Positions 13,329 to 27,149 are shown, counted from the stretch's first letter. The stretch is 64,000 bases of DNA from Octopus vulgaris (GCA_951406725.2 OX597822.1:117924001-117988000), one strand, 5' to 3'. Translations and numbers: made by a program. The notes: a model not told the origin generated them from the letters alone.

Positions 13329-13614
13329 TAACACAGTAGGGATTAAGGTAATCTAGACGAATACTTTGGCCATCATCCATGCGAATGGTCTGACTAACTC
13401 TATGTCAATCCTTTCTCACTGTCACCATTGTAAATTACTGCCAGAAAGTTGGTCTTAAAATGCAGCGTAATATATAATATCTGCTAGCGCCATCGTCCTT
13501 GCTCAACACCTACATTTCTATGGCTTAACAACTCTCACATGTGTAGTCTACGGGATTGTATAGAGTTAGCATGAAAGAAAGATAGCTCCATATTCTATTA
13601 TTTACGAGATTTCA

Positions 13615-14297
13615 AGGCAGTGAGCTGGCAGAGTCGTTAGCACACCGGGCGAAATACTTAGCGGTATTTCGTCTGCCGTTACGTTATGAGTTCAAATTTC
13701 GCCGAGGTCGACTTTACCTTTCATCCTTTAGGGGTCGATTAAATAAGTACCAGTTACACACTGGGGTCGATATAAATCGACATAATCCGTTTGTCTCTCC
13801 TTCTTTGTCCTCTCTGTGTTCAGCCCCATGTGGGTAGTAACGAAATAGGTATTTCGTCTGCCGTTACGTTCTGAGTTCAAATTCCGCCGAGGTTGAATTT
13901 GCCTTTCATCCGTTCGGGGTCGATTAAATAAATAGCAGTTTCTCACAGGGTCAATGTAATCGACTTAAACCCTTGTTTGTCCCCTCTATTTTTAGCCCCT
14001 GTGGATAATAAAGAAATAATTATTTATGAGATCTAGATAGCAGTAATAAGAACATGATGTCTATTGTATTTGATGACATTAATATATATCTACTTTAAGG
14101 CAGCCAGCTGGCAGAATTATTAGCATTATTGGGAAAATGCTCGGCGGCATTTCGTCCGTCTTTACTTTCTGAGTTCGTATTCCGCCCAGATTGAATTTGC
14201 CTTATCTTTTCTCGGGATGGATAAAATTCTTACCAGTTCAGCACTGGAGTCGACGTTATTGACTTGCCCCACTCCCTCAGAATTGCTCGAAACCAAT
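13615..14297 (+). mobile_element. SINE family B cluster: one full copy, a head-less tandem copy, and a diverged copy at 14098-14297
   Basis: ggc.gtgagctggcaga.tcgttagcac...gagttcaaatt.cgccgaggtcgacttt.cctttcatcc....ggggtcgattaaataagtaccagtt. Confidence 0.9.
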
Positions 14298-16946
14298 ATA
14301 TACTTACTTTTGATTTCCAACAGAAGAATCAGGAGAAATCTATTCCAATGTAATCATTTCTGAAAAATCTGTAGACATGGTTCATGCCTAAGAAACAGCT
14401 GAGACTTGTTGACAGCCGCCATCAATCACTATGTCACGAACCTAATTTATAACTCTCGGAGATCGACAGACGATCATCCTACAGAAGATGACTAGAAAAA
14501 TATTTTGTTGCAGAACGCAGTTTATATAGAATGCAGCAACTAATTATTTCCAGCGACGCGACATCAATCGCAAAAACTGATTTGTTAACTAAATACCAAA
14601 TTTTACATTGAGTTATAGAATTGTAGTTACATTTTTTTTTTTTTTACTTGAGGCTATATATCCTCGCTATGAATGCCGCTAATTGCAAATTATGATTCAC
14701 GCTTAATGGATTAACATCTTATATCTGTTATAATTCATTTGGTATAAATTTATGATAAAATATAAAGTGCTTCCGAAACCTCTATGACCTATGATACGGA
14801 ATACAGAGTTGAGAGAAACAAGTTGATGAAATATTGGAATTTTAGATTCATGTTTGTCTGGAATAGATTATTATCTTCAATATGCAGATCTTTTAGTGTC
14901 ATGTTTAACAGAAACATACCTGTAATTAGCAAAAACCATCGATTCCTTATGAAAGTGCAACGAGAGTCATGAGAGCGTCGGATGTAACGCTTAGCTCTTT
15001 GTTCTGAATCTACCTGCGGTCTCAGATCTGATTCTTCAGGTGTTACCTGAAACTCTTCGTCATATCGCAATCAATAGAATACCGATTTAAGGCTAAACTG
15101 CAAGAATATCATTCCAAATATCTTTCGGTATTTATTCTGGTTCTTTGTGCCCTAAGTTCAAATCCCACCGTTGCTTCCATGGTGGGTAGATATAATCTGT
15201 CGCCAGGTTTTACACTTCCACCCGGTCATTTGAATGTGTTTGGTGGTGTCCGCTTTGTTGGAAGCACTCGCGACACGTCATCAGATGAAGGATACTTTCT
15301 CTCTTCCTTCCCATCACTCTCCGATGCCGTATAAAATGTCATGGAGACCAACCTTCCTAATATTTCATCGTCCATAGCTCAAAAGGGAAAAAAGTCCCAA
15401 AGATTCAGTCTTCGAGGGCCGAAAGTATGATATTGATTTCTTATATTTACAGCGAGGTATAAATGATTGGTAAACTGTGGAGTCGATCCCGAATGAATAT
15501 TGTTGCTTCTTTTATTCTCTCTAACATTAATAAAGGAACGGATGCACAGTTTAGCTGAAATATTAATACCGATTTTAATTTGCTTTGCGGGAGCAACTGC
15601 TTTCTGGAAGACATCTTGTCATAATTGCTCGAAATGTGGAGTAGATAAACAGTCGAGAACTAATGAAGAGTCGTTCTTTATGTTACTTGTCTTGTTTTCT
15701 ATTTGTTTCTTTCGTTGTTCGCAAAAATGTTCGTGTTGTTCATGTTGTTTACGTTTTATAACGTACTGTACCCATATATGCATATGTATAGACATATATA
15801 TATAAGTTTGTACATATATGTATATATGCATATACATATGTATATATATGATTATATGATTGAACGCCATACATCCATGTCCAAGTATATATATATAACA
15901 TATATACATTCATACACACACATACACACACACACTTACAAATATTGATATTATTTATCACCTGTTGCACTATTAATGAAGAACAATTGTATGTGTATTT
16001 AATATATTGATGTGTGACGCAGATGTTTTCTGGCATAAAGAACCAAATATTATTCCTGCTTTATATTAAACTTCAATAAATATGTGGAATGTATATGTGT
16101 GTGTGTTGTGTGTGCTTGTGTGTATGAGTGTGTGCTGGTGCTACCTTAACGGTAGCCTATTAGGCATCGATATTAGGTTGTGTTATGTAATGTTACATGA
16201 CCGAACGCAAGAGCTTTCAATCTGATTTTGTCGTTTACCTCAAAGTTGATCTACATAAGACATCAAAATAGTGATGCAGTATGTTTGAATGCGGGTAAAG
16301 AATAAAAAACAGTAATAATGGTCATTCAAGGACAGATTCAAAATCCTCTTACGGTCACCCTACGATGCTTTTACAGATGATATGCGGGTAACGGGAGGCG
16401 GTGCTCATTATATGACAGTCTTTCATTTGGGTTGCGGTAGTATCTCTATATGAACCGGTTCCCAAATTGAGCGTCAGCAAACACAGTTGATCCCCTTCGG
16501 CTACAGCTGGAATTATACAATTGTAGCCAATTCCTCTTACCTTCGCAGTTAAATGCCTTTTATTGTTTTGTTCTTTTCAGTAAGCAAACCAGGACTGTAT
16601 ATTTATCGTCATTAGTAGACGCGAAACCTATGGTATCTTTCTGATCTGTAATACTCCATAAGCAGGAATACACACTAATCGGCGATATAAAAGTGTAACC
16701 GTTCAAATTCTCTTTTAGAGCGGGCTTTTTGCTCTGACTTATGAACAACTTACCAATAATGTACCTAGATACATATATGTTTGTGTACGCACACACACAT
16801 ATACCCACACTCATACAGGCATATATGTGTGTGAGTGTGTGGGTGTATGTATGCTTGTATTTGTGTACGTGTATGTGTATGTGTGTGTATATGTGTGTGT
16901 GTGTGCGTGTGTGTATGTGTGTCTGTATGTGTGTGCGTGCGCGTGT

Positions 16947-16998
<52 letters not shown>

Positions 16999-17525
16999 AA
17001 CGGTAGACAACAACGAAGAGCCTGAGCGGTGGCACACCAGAGCCAGTCTCTTACTCTATTTACTTTTAGTACGATCGTTTCCCATAAAATATGTGCACAC
17101 ATTAAGAAATTGAAGTGCTGTAATAATTATCAACCATTTATATGAAGGGCATGTCCCTGAGCAGAGAGAGCGAGCAATGCATTTTCCAACGTTTCTGGAT
17201 AATAATTCCTCGTCACCTATTCCAGCAATAAGCTTGGTGAAAGTGTAAATGTCACGATTTTTCATCCAAGCAAAGTCATTTAAAATGCTCGCCTTTTTTT
17301 TGCTGAAAGGAACAAATGTTATGGTTTGTTAATTACTAACAGTGAGAGCTGTGCAACTCGTTGGTAAGCTGTCGATTCTCTTGATTCTCAAAAGACTTCA
17401 ACTTCTTTTAGTGATTTGTCACTGTATTCAATATCCCCGGGAGGGATAGGATCTATTAAAAATAATTGCCTTTGACTCATCATTCAAAGATGATTTTATC
17501 AAAGTAATCAATTGCGTCTTTTGAT

Positions 17526-17844
17526 TGTGACATTGGAGGTAACATGTCCTGCAAAGAACTTGCACATACAAGTGCTACCAGTCAAAAGCTCCGCATACCG
17601 GAAGCCAGCAAGTGTATGAGGTCATCAGGAGAGAATGCGCGCCGTTTCGGGGCCTACCTCTCGATGGCATCAATGCGCACCGGCCCCCCTCACTGATATG
17701 AGGCCCCGCTTGCTAGTTCAGCTGGTTATCAAATAAAGTTCAATATTCTTCTAGCCATTGCTCATCGTCTCTTTTTAACCAAATCCAGTGGCTAGCCTTC
17801 TCCACTGTAGTTTGGATATCGGTCATGGTGGTATCGACTTTACA
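17526..17844 (+). mobile_element. Possible solo LTR
   Basis: GC-rich island bounded by TG...CA with an internal AATAAA (~17732); target-site duplication not convincing. Confidence 0.35.
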
Positions 17845-18654
17845 ATGAGTTAGGCCTAACGGTAACAACAGTCGTCTCACACTGTGTCCAACAAACCCTC
17901 TACGTCCAACTTCGATTGGAAAATGCTCCGCTTAATAATCAACAATTAATTCCTGATATTTCATCCATATTAGGATAAATTTCAATACAAAAATCGTAGA
18001 AATATTATCTCAAAAGGGACACAACCAACTGAATATCTAATTACATTTACGCTATTGTGTTGGCTTCTATACTACTCCACTGCCCCACAACCTATACTAA
18101 ATCTGATACAGTCTATAGTCATTTAAATATAAATCCATGTGCTCTTTATTGACTAAAAAGAAAAAAAAAGTAGTTTTCGAGATCATCAATCTACTTCTTG
18201 CACAGGACCAATGACCTTTAACTAAACACGCATCATCAGCTACAATATAAGCTTTATTGATCTTAATTTACAGAATATGGAGTTTAGAATGCCACGTAAG
18301 AACGAAGTTTCAATTGTTATTGATCGCATTTGACTCGCCCAAAATTCTGTATATCCTAATGTGTTAACAGAAAGTGGGAAAGCAGAATTCTTTCCCAGTG
18401 TCTCTTTGGTTAAAATTGTGTTGAAATTGCTTCAGTTGTGACTCAAATCACTGTCGACAACCAATGACATCAGACAGACATCAAAGAAATACCTAACTCT
18501 TTTAATACGAAACCCACGAGGACCACCCCTCCTCCCTTGATCTCTGATACAAACTTTCCTTTATAAAATGATATAATAATTTATATTAACCCAGCATCAA
18601 AATATGTTAATTTATGTTCCAGAATGTAACTAATTAATTTTTTGTACTTTTATC

Positions 18655-18850
18655 ACAAGGAAGGCTAGCAATTTTTAGGGAGGGGATAGTCAGTTATGCC
18701 GACCCCAATACAAAACTGGTACTTATTTTATCGACCCCGTATGGATGAAAGGCAAGTTGACATCGGCGCAATTTGAACTCAGAATTTAATGATTTGGAAG
18801 AAATATCACAAAACATTCATTCCAACGCTATCACTTCTAGCGGTTCGATG
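18655..18850 (-). mobile_element. SINE family B, diverged
   Basis: ctggtacttattttatcgacccc..ggatgaaaggcaa..atttgaactcagaa. Confidence 0.8.
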
Positions 18851-20363
18851 TCGTAATCAAGCCAAATAATGGCAAATTTATTTTACTAAATACCTCATTA
18901 TTTTTTAAATTGATTGAATCAAAGACTGCATAGTTCAGCAGACTTTGGGTAAGGAAAAGTTTAAGCAGTAAAATAACAGCTGATAGAGCTGATGTTGCTC
19001 ACTTGAAAGAGATCTTTGTAATTTTATTGTATATATTTTTTGGCTAGTATACTTTTTTTATATAACATCGACGATCGCATTTTCCTTGACTTCTGATAGC
19101 AGAAATTCAGAAAGTGCCATATTCTGGATCTACTAGTGTAGAATTTTCTTACCCATTTTATTTACTTTTACTTGGCGCTGTGCTTGCAAATGTGAATATC
19201 ATGGCTGTCGTTGGTGATGTTGACAAAAGAAATGTTAGCATTATTCGTATCTGTTGCGTTTTTTATAAAATGTCTTTCATTCAATATTTTTTTCATTTGC
19301 AAAATGAGTTTCGTGATACACAATATGTACCTTTTTTTATATGTATGTTCTGTGTATAGTCGTTTTGCTTTTGAATTTTATTTTTTGAGTGGCATACCTG
19401 GAAGTTTTCGTTGTCACATTTTATTATTGTATGCAAAGAAAGGCGAATGTATAATTTGCGAACTCTTGGTAAAAATCTACAATTTATCTAAATCCGAAAA
19501 AACTGAAAATATTAAACTCCCAATACGCGCAGAGGTGTTGATAAAATTGGAACTCACCATATAACGTCTAAATGGAAATATTTTGTCCTAAACTCTGTTA
19601 TTAACGTTAGCATCTTGGCGACTAAGGAAACAGAAACCAGTCTGCACAATGAGTATTAACATTATCCGACAGGCGAAATTACTGTATACGTGCATTACAT
19701 ATTGCATTTCAATTAAAATTTACTCCTAAACTAACTTATGATATTATAATCAAACTTAAGAAGACAAGTAAAATGATAATGAATTACAGAAGATTCATTA
19801 AGAATAATCATTAATTCAGTCACATATACAGACATTTGTCTCCTTGAATTATAATTATTATATTTTATAAACACAGATTTATTTCTTTGAAAAACTGTTA
19901 GTCCATTAGCTATTTAATGTGTCAGTGTGAAATTATATTTAAATTTTATTCGATGGAGTATTACAGTCGAATCTGTAACGCTCTTTGGCAGTTGATAGCA
20001 GGGATGTTTTCTACAGGTTGCGACAGAGAACCTCCAGATTCTCCACACGAGATAAACATTTCAAAACTAAAGTTACGGTATTTACCTGTTCAAACACTGA
20101 TGGTATCTTAAAACAAAATGATAAAGCATTAACTACAAAAAGACACAACTACAACCTGTCTACCGTCGAGGAACATTAATGGCTGTGTAAAATGTGAGAG
20201 GTTTTCCTGTCACATCGCGTAGTTGATAGTTGGAAGGTGTTGAAATATATCTCTTTTTTCTCTTTTTTCTTTCTTTCTCCTTTTCTTTCTTTCTCACCAC
20301 TCTCCCAAAACACGTATGGCCTCGTAGAAAGTACGTCGAAAATACCCCTGGAGTCACCATTCG

Positions 20364-20592
20364 TATTTCTTTACTAACCACAAGTGGCTAAACACAGAGA
20401 AGATAAACAAGGACAGACAAACGGATTACATCGATTATATCGACCCCAGTGCGTAACTGGTACTTAATTTATCGACCCCGAAAGGATGAAAGGCAAAGTC
20501 AACCTCGGCGAAATTTGAACTCAGAACATAACGGCAGACGAAATACCAGTAAGCATTTCGTCCATCGTGCTAACGTTTCTGGCATCTCGCCT
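20364..20592 (-). mobile_element. SINE family B
   Basis: Reverse complement of the 13615-13849 copy. Confidence 0.9.
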
Positions 20593-20969
20593 GGATTCAC
20601 CATTCTTAATGAACGATTCAGCTCAAACGCACGGTGTGCATCGGTATTGATCATAATAGAAACGGAAACAAAACACTAAAACATTAGTTACAAAAAGACA
20701 GCATTACCCTTTGCCTAAATTCCTGAGCGCCACACTAATGGCCACATAACATACAGGAGGTTTTTCTGTCGCACGTTGTAATATGTATCGCATATGTATT
20801 ATCGTATCTCTTCTCTGATTGATAAGCCTTACACTTCCGTCCCTCGCTCAACGCAAGATAGACATGTTTCACGTTGTCATTGATCTTTGCTTAGTTTAAC
20901 ATTATTTAAAGTCTCTAATCACTTTTGCAATTGTTAAATTTAATGATTTGTTCCATTTATTATGGTCTA

Positions 20970-22185
20970 CGAGGATCGGCTTAAGAGCTGATAGGCTGAC
21001 CAAAATACTCTCATGGAGGTTTATTTTTCAACATAGTTCACCTCGTGATCCGCACAATTTTCCCATCGGTTTTGCAGGGCTTGAATCCCACTGGTGAAGA
21101 AAAATGTCATCAACAACAGATATGGCGTCGTTATCACTGCGATACTGGTTCACAGCCAAGCGTTCTTGCATGTTGGGAAACAGATGATAATCAGATGGAG
21201 CCAAATGAGGAGAACAGGGAAGGTTAGCAAAGCAAAAGTCAAAGCAATAGTCACGTAGAGCAGTCGTCGAAACCAGGGACTCGAGTGCTGGACTATCTCT
21301 TTCGTCAGTTTTCCTGGACGTTTGGTCTTGGTAGCTTTTGTAACTGTCTTAATAAATTGGCTTAATGCTCTCCATTGATGGTGTGGCCCTTTTTAAGTCA
21401 ATAAACACAATGCCTTTTGCATGCTTCAAAACTGAGGTCATCAAATTATTTGCAGATGAAATGCCCTTTCCTTTCTTTGGAGCAGGTGAGGAGGGATGTT
21501 TCCACTGAAAGGATTGCCCCTTTGTATCTGATACAAAGTGATGAACCTAACACGCATGCTGAATTAGGAGAGATTCAAGGAAACCAGCTGGATCTGCTTC
21601 AAACAATGTGAAAATTTTCTGTGAATTGATCAGACTTGTGCGCGTCTGATCAGGTCTCTGTAAACGTGGCACCGAACGAAATCCTTCCTCATGCCGAGTT
21701 CATTGTGCAGAATATTCTCTGCTTTCTCATGTGATATATTAACAGCATTGGCTGTTTGATTTATAGTCAATCGCTTGTCATCCATAACTATGTGGTAAAT
21801 ACGATCAATGCTTTCTTCGGTGGTCGCAGTTGCGGGATGTCCAGACCTTGTGTCATCTTCAAGACTCTTCTTTTCCCTCCTAGATTCAGTCTCCCACTTT
21901 TACAGTGTTGAGAAAGCTAGAGTGTCATCTCTTAAAGTAGCAGCAATGCCAGCATGAATGTCCTTGTGGTCTAAATCCATTTTCTGCATATTCTTGATAA
22001 CAACACAATACCAAATTTCGTCTACTTTCAAGAGATTCGCCAAAAGTTACTTTTGAAGTCTTCTGTGAACTGTCAGATGTCATTTTGCCCGAAAATAAAC
22101 AAAACCGTTATTAATAAGATGAGCTGAGATTATTGCATGCATCACTCATTCATAGTCAGCCTATGAACTTTTCAGTCCACTCTCG
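20970..22185 (-). mobile_element. Full-length decayed mariner element
   Basis: Imperfect TIRs (cgaggatcggcttaagagctgataggctgac / gtcagcctatgaacttttcagtccactctcg), TA on both sides. Minus-strand remnant VMDDKRLTINQTANAVNISHEKAENILHNELGMRK followed by a broken WVPR motif. Confidence 0.85.
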
Positions 22186-23294
22186 TACATTTATTTCTAG
22201 TGATATTTCGTCATGTCTAGAGAGTATGTTAGTAGCATCCTTACATAATTATGGTGTATGAAGAAGCTGAGACGACATGTATTACACAACTGTCTCTTAA
22301 TGGAGATCATGAGTGTTAATATATATACACATGTGAAGGTGAAAGCAATATCTAGAACGTAAATGTGAATCACTGATAGGGATATAAAGATTATCTCCCT
22401 TTTGGTCCTGCTATAAATTATTATTTTATTTGGCTTCTCATTATCCTTCTGTAGGGAACAGCTTGCTAGTAACATGCTATATACCTACAATGTTTTCATT
22501 ATGTACTTTAACGCGGATGCCACGAATGTAACTGAGAGAGAATATGTTGAAATACTTTAAAAATGTTGACACACAGTTTGAAATTCTGAGTATAGAAGTT
22601 TTATAACTACCCTTCAGCAACTGAAAAAATGATGTAATCAATAATTTTCGGTAATTCAATTTATAGTCTAAAACGTATTCAGGATTTCTCCCCCAAATCC
22701 AACATTATCAACATTAGTTTCGCCAGCCTCAACTTCGTCGTCTTGAACCTCGCTTTCATTATCGTCTATCTCGATTACGTCGACGTTTATCTCAATCTCT
22801 TCATCGTCATCTTAAATGTAGTCCCCGTAGGATCGAACGATTTTTGTTCTTTCTTATGAACAGACATTGACATCAGTAATGTAAATATTATAAAGCTTTT
22901 TTTTAACACAAGTTTTGTGCGATAAAATGTGTAATATACATATTTGTAAATATACATCAGGTATGGCAGATGCAAAAATAAACAAAACCAGTTTCACCTT
23001 TTATTTATTATTCCCATTTCTTAAAATATTCCTAAACATATTCTTAAAACATCGAGCAGTCATCTTCGGTAAAGAAAATGTCTTTTAATGTATTTATGTA
23101 AATATAAAAGAGTTAAAAGGTTGATTGATAATCACGAATTAGAGAGGGAAGCTCTGCAAGTAACGCTTTAAATACATTTTGGCAAATATATGTAGAAAGT
23201 AAACCAAAATATTTTACAACAAAGTTTAGCATTTTTAAACTTGGGTAACTACTGGCGTAATGAGAGTTTAACGACACACTATTTCTTTTGAATT

Positions 23295-23337
<43 letters not shown>

Positions 23338-23786
23338 CTGCATAATATATCATACCGCATAAAACTAAGCAAAATAAAGATAGAACCAGTGTGCTACTGG
23401 TATCATTGGCAGAATATGCTATTTTCGTCATAAACCGAACTGGTTTCGCTGAACACAGACAGGTAGTCACTTCCGATTAATAGCATCAGTCTGTTAGTCC
23501 AGTCAAGGCTGACTTAAGTTTAAGCAACAACACTCACGAAGTCAAACATGCATGAACTTACTCGTAAAAAGACAGTAATAAAAACACCTGTTGAGACAAA
23601 AACACGTCTCCGCTGCTGTCCTCCTGTCGCCGGACGACACCGCTTCTTTCTTGATAGCAAGTCATTTTCTGGAGAATTTATCATTCTTTTTATAACACTC
23701 CCCACTTCTGTTTTTCCAAATGATTGTACTACAATCTCTAAGGGGGGAGATAATTTCAGTAAATCAAGGTTTCATCTTTTATCATG

Positions 23787-23817
<31 letters not shown>

Positions 23818-23877
23818 TCATATATACATACATAATACACACACACACCTATATTATTATTATTATTATTATTATTC

Positions 23878-24185
23878 AGTAGTTTTATTTTTATAGCGTG
23901 CTTTCACTTCACTACCGAGCGCAGCTCTGTGTGCCTTGGGTATGTGCTGTGATTTGTTGTGATGCTCTGATGGTTATTGTATGGAAAGTATTCTGCGTAG
24001 GATGTGTGCAGTGCCTAGTAGTGCAATTTTCTGTATGCTATATGTGTTTGTAAGTCCTGGTGTTTTTGCTATGTATTTGTCTGAATATTTTTTATCATGC
24101 CTAATGCACCTACTATGATAGGAATTGTTTCTGTTTTCAGATTCCACTTTCGAGTTACCTCTATTTCCAGGTCTTTCCAGGTCTG
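23878..24185 (-). mobile_element. R4/Dong-type RLE retrotransposon 3' end, copy 1
   Basis: KDLEIEVTRKWNLKTETIPIIVGALGM...IQKIALLGTAHILRRILSIQ* plus 3' UTR abutting (ATT)n. Confidence 0.85.
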
Positions 24186-24215
24186 CAGTTGCTTGTTATA
24201 TTTCTTTTCATTTTA

Positions 24216-24291
<76 letters not shown>

Positions 24292-24300
24292 CATCATCAT

Positions 24301-24857
24301 TCAGTAGTTTTATTTTTATAACGTGCTTTCACTTCACTACCGAGTGTTGTGGTTTGTTGTGATGCTCTGATGGTTATTGTATGGAAAGTGTTCTGCGTAG
24401 GATGTGTGCAGTGCCTAGTAGTGCAATTTCTGTATGTTATATGTGTTTGTAAGTCCCGGTGTTTTTGTTATGTATTTGTCTGAATATTTTTTCATGCCTA
24501 ATGCACCTACTCAGATAGGAATTGTTTCTGTTTTTAGATTCCACATTCTGGTTACCTCTATTTCCAGGTCTTTGTATTTTGAAAGTTTCTCCATTTCTTT
24601 TAGAGACACGTTGTCATCTGCTGGTATTGATACATCAATTAGAAAGCATTTTTTTCTTCATGAGCTCTGACAACTATATCTGGCCTGTTGGCCTTAATTT
24701 CTTTATCTGTGTGTATTGGCATATCCCAGAGTATGGTTGCTTTCCCGTTTTCTGCGAACTTTTTTGTTGTTATTCCATAATGTTGGCATAGCTTCCAGTG
24801 TATGTAGGTCCCAACTCTGTCGTGTCTGTGAATATATTCCTTCTTAGCCAGGACTGC
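24301..24857 (-). mobile_element. R4/Dong-type RLE retrotransposon 3' end, copy 2
   Basis: YIHRHDRVGTYIHWKLC...ILWDMPIHTDKEIKANRPDIVV, then frameshifted IDVSIP...KYKDLEIE; (ATT)n on both sides. Confidence 0.9.
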
Positions 24858-24924
<67 letters not shown>

Positions 24925-24958
24925 ATTATTATTATTATTGTTATTATTATTATTATTG

Positions 24959-25040
<82 letters not shown>

Positions 25041-25072
25041 CATTATATCAAGGGCTATTACTATAAGCAATG

Positions 25073-25616
25073 GCACTCGCTTTAAGGGGACTCTAAAGTC
25101 AAACTATTTCAACAAATATATACACGCATCGAATTCGAGGGATTGAACATAGGAGAAATTCCTTTAAAAAAAGTATATATAGCCGTATATATATATAAGG
25201 AAAAAATTGTATACTTTGTATTAATGTTGTCCTTAATTGGCTTTGCATGCAGGCTATTTGATAAAATCTTATACAGATTTTATCCTTACATTTTATTTAC
25301 AAATATTAAACTGGATTATATTCAGTCGAAATGAACAACAAGGAGAAGCCCATCTCATTGATGTATAAATGTGAACATTTGTATATGCTCTGCTGGATGC
25401 GTTGTATTCGCATGGTATGTATAGATGTTTATATTTGTCGTTTCCTTGTTATGCTTGTACTGATGAGTGGAGAATATGCTACACATGCTGACCATGAAAC
25501 CGTTAATGATATACAGCTAAACCTTTTTAAAGGAATTTCTCCTGTTCATTCCCTCGATTTCGAGTGTTTATATTTGTAGAAGTAGATTGAATTTAGAGTC
25601 TCCTTACAGCGTGTGC
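25073..25616. mobile_element. Inverted-repeat element (~100-bp arms) with a degenerate hammerhead; probably Penelope-derived
   Basis: Arms 25073-25172 and 25522-25616; CTGATGA gtgg..ccat GAAAC cgtt at 25460-25504. Confidence 0.6.
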
Positions 25617-25779
25617 TTTTGCTGATAGTAATAGCTCTTGATATAATCATATATCTTATTTATAAGAATAAAATTATAAATACTTTGTATTAATTTTGCG
25701 CTTAACTGGTTTCGCACGCTGGCTACTTGATGAAATCTTATATAGATTTTATTCGTATATTTTATATATATATATAAGT

Positions 25780-25829
<50 letters not shown>

Positions 25830-25927
25830 ATGTATGTATATATATATTTATATGAATGACTGTGTAGGTCTAGGAGTGTCTGTGCAGGTGCAGGAGTGAC
25901 TGTGTAAGTAGCTAGCTTACCAAGCAC

Positions 25928-26233
25928 ATGCTTCCGAGTTCAGTTGAGCGAGAGACCAGCAAAACTCCTTGTAAGACGAAAAATGATCTGAAGGCAAAAA
26001 TTATGGCAGCATTCACCAACTTAAACAAGGAGACCATTCAGAAGAGTTGCAGGAAATTCCGAAGTCGTCTGGAGGCCGTGCTTGAAGCCAATGGCGATTT
26101 TATTGAATAAATTTACTGTTTAATATTTCAAGATATTTGTATGTAATTTTGGTGAATATATCTGTTAAAATGAGATGTCAGTGTTATTTTCATTTTTGCG
26201 TATTTTAGACGATAGTTTATTCACCGCACCCCG
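25928..26233 (+). mobile_element. Tc1/mariner-superfamily 3' fragment with terminal repeat
   Basis: LKAKIMAAFTNLNKETIQKSCRKFRSRLEAVLEANGDFIE* followed by ..caccgcaccccg|TA. Confidence 0.85.
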
Positions 26234-26242
26234 TATATTATT

Positions 26243-26585
26243 CTTTTACTTGCCTTTAGTCGAGCAACTCGATCCCAGAAATTATTCTTTTTAAGCCTAG
26301 TATTTATTCTATCGGTCACATTTGCCGAACTGCGAAGTTACAGGGACGTAAACACACCGACATCGACTGTCAAGCAATGCTGGGGGGGGGGACAAATACA
26401 GACACACAAACATATATATATATATATCTCCGACGGGCTTCTTTCAGTTTCCGTCTACCAAATCCACTCACAAGGTTATGGTCGGCCCGAGACTATAGCA
26501 GAAGACACTTGCCCAAGGTGCTTCGCAGTGGGATTGAACCCGGAACCATATGGTTGGGAAGTAAGATACCTACCACACAGCCACT
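26243..26585 (-). mobile_element. SINE family A
   Basis: Matches 61340-61804. Confidence 0.9.
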
Positions 26586-26642
26586 CGACATCGAACGTTG
26601 CCTCTTTTACTTTCTAGGAAGACAGTTTTATAATTAATAATA

Positions 26643-26835
26643 TGACGAACCGGCAGAATCGTCAGAGAGCCCGAATAACTGCTTTGTGGCATTTCTTCCG
26701 ACGCTTTACATTCTGGATCCAACTTTTGCTGAGGTTAACTCTACCTACCCCCAGAGTCTATTGGGTAAAAGATAAGTTAAGTTCCTAGGTTGATAATATC
26801 GACTTACTGCCTTCTTTCAAAATTGTTGTCCTCGT
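26643..26835 (+). mobile_element. SINE family B, diverged
   Basis: ggcagaatcgtcag..ttacattctgg..gaggttaact. Confidence 0.65.
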
Positions 26836-26859
26836 TCTTAAAACTCAAAGAGTTGTAAT

Positions 26860-27149
26860 GATTTCAAATATGGTTCATAGTACAGAACACCCATCCCGGA
26901 GATATCTATGTCCTCCACTTCTTTGTCTGAAATCGATTTTTCGCAACACTCAGGTTGCCTCCCTCTTAGCGGAAATAAACTCTTGAAGTGGACCTCAAAG
27001 TTCGTTTTCTCAAGTCTGCCGTTCCAGGAAAATAGTTCGTCAACGTGTTGCTGGAAAACTGGGACGACCTGTTTGGAATTGGATTGCGCACACCAGCAAT
27101 AATCTGCCATAGACGGAATCCTAAATATGCTTCCGCGCAGCTCCTCCAT
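26860..27149 (-). mobile_element. L1/Tx1-like LINE ORF2 fragment (linker just before RT)
   Basis: FQQHVDELFS...CCEKSISDKEVED..G.G.LYYE.Y resembles F..HF..LF...CE.PIT..EV...(KSP)G.DGL.YE.Y. Confidence 0.5.

Noticed and set aside
15200-15380. Possible RTE-type LINE 3' remnant on the minus strand
   Set aside because: Only a short LHDILYG-like match interrupted by stops; insufficient evidence.
17640-17680. Hammerhead-like motif on the minus strand
   Set aside because: The core is not CUGANGA and stems II/III do not pair convincingly.
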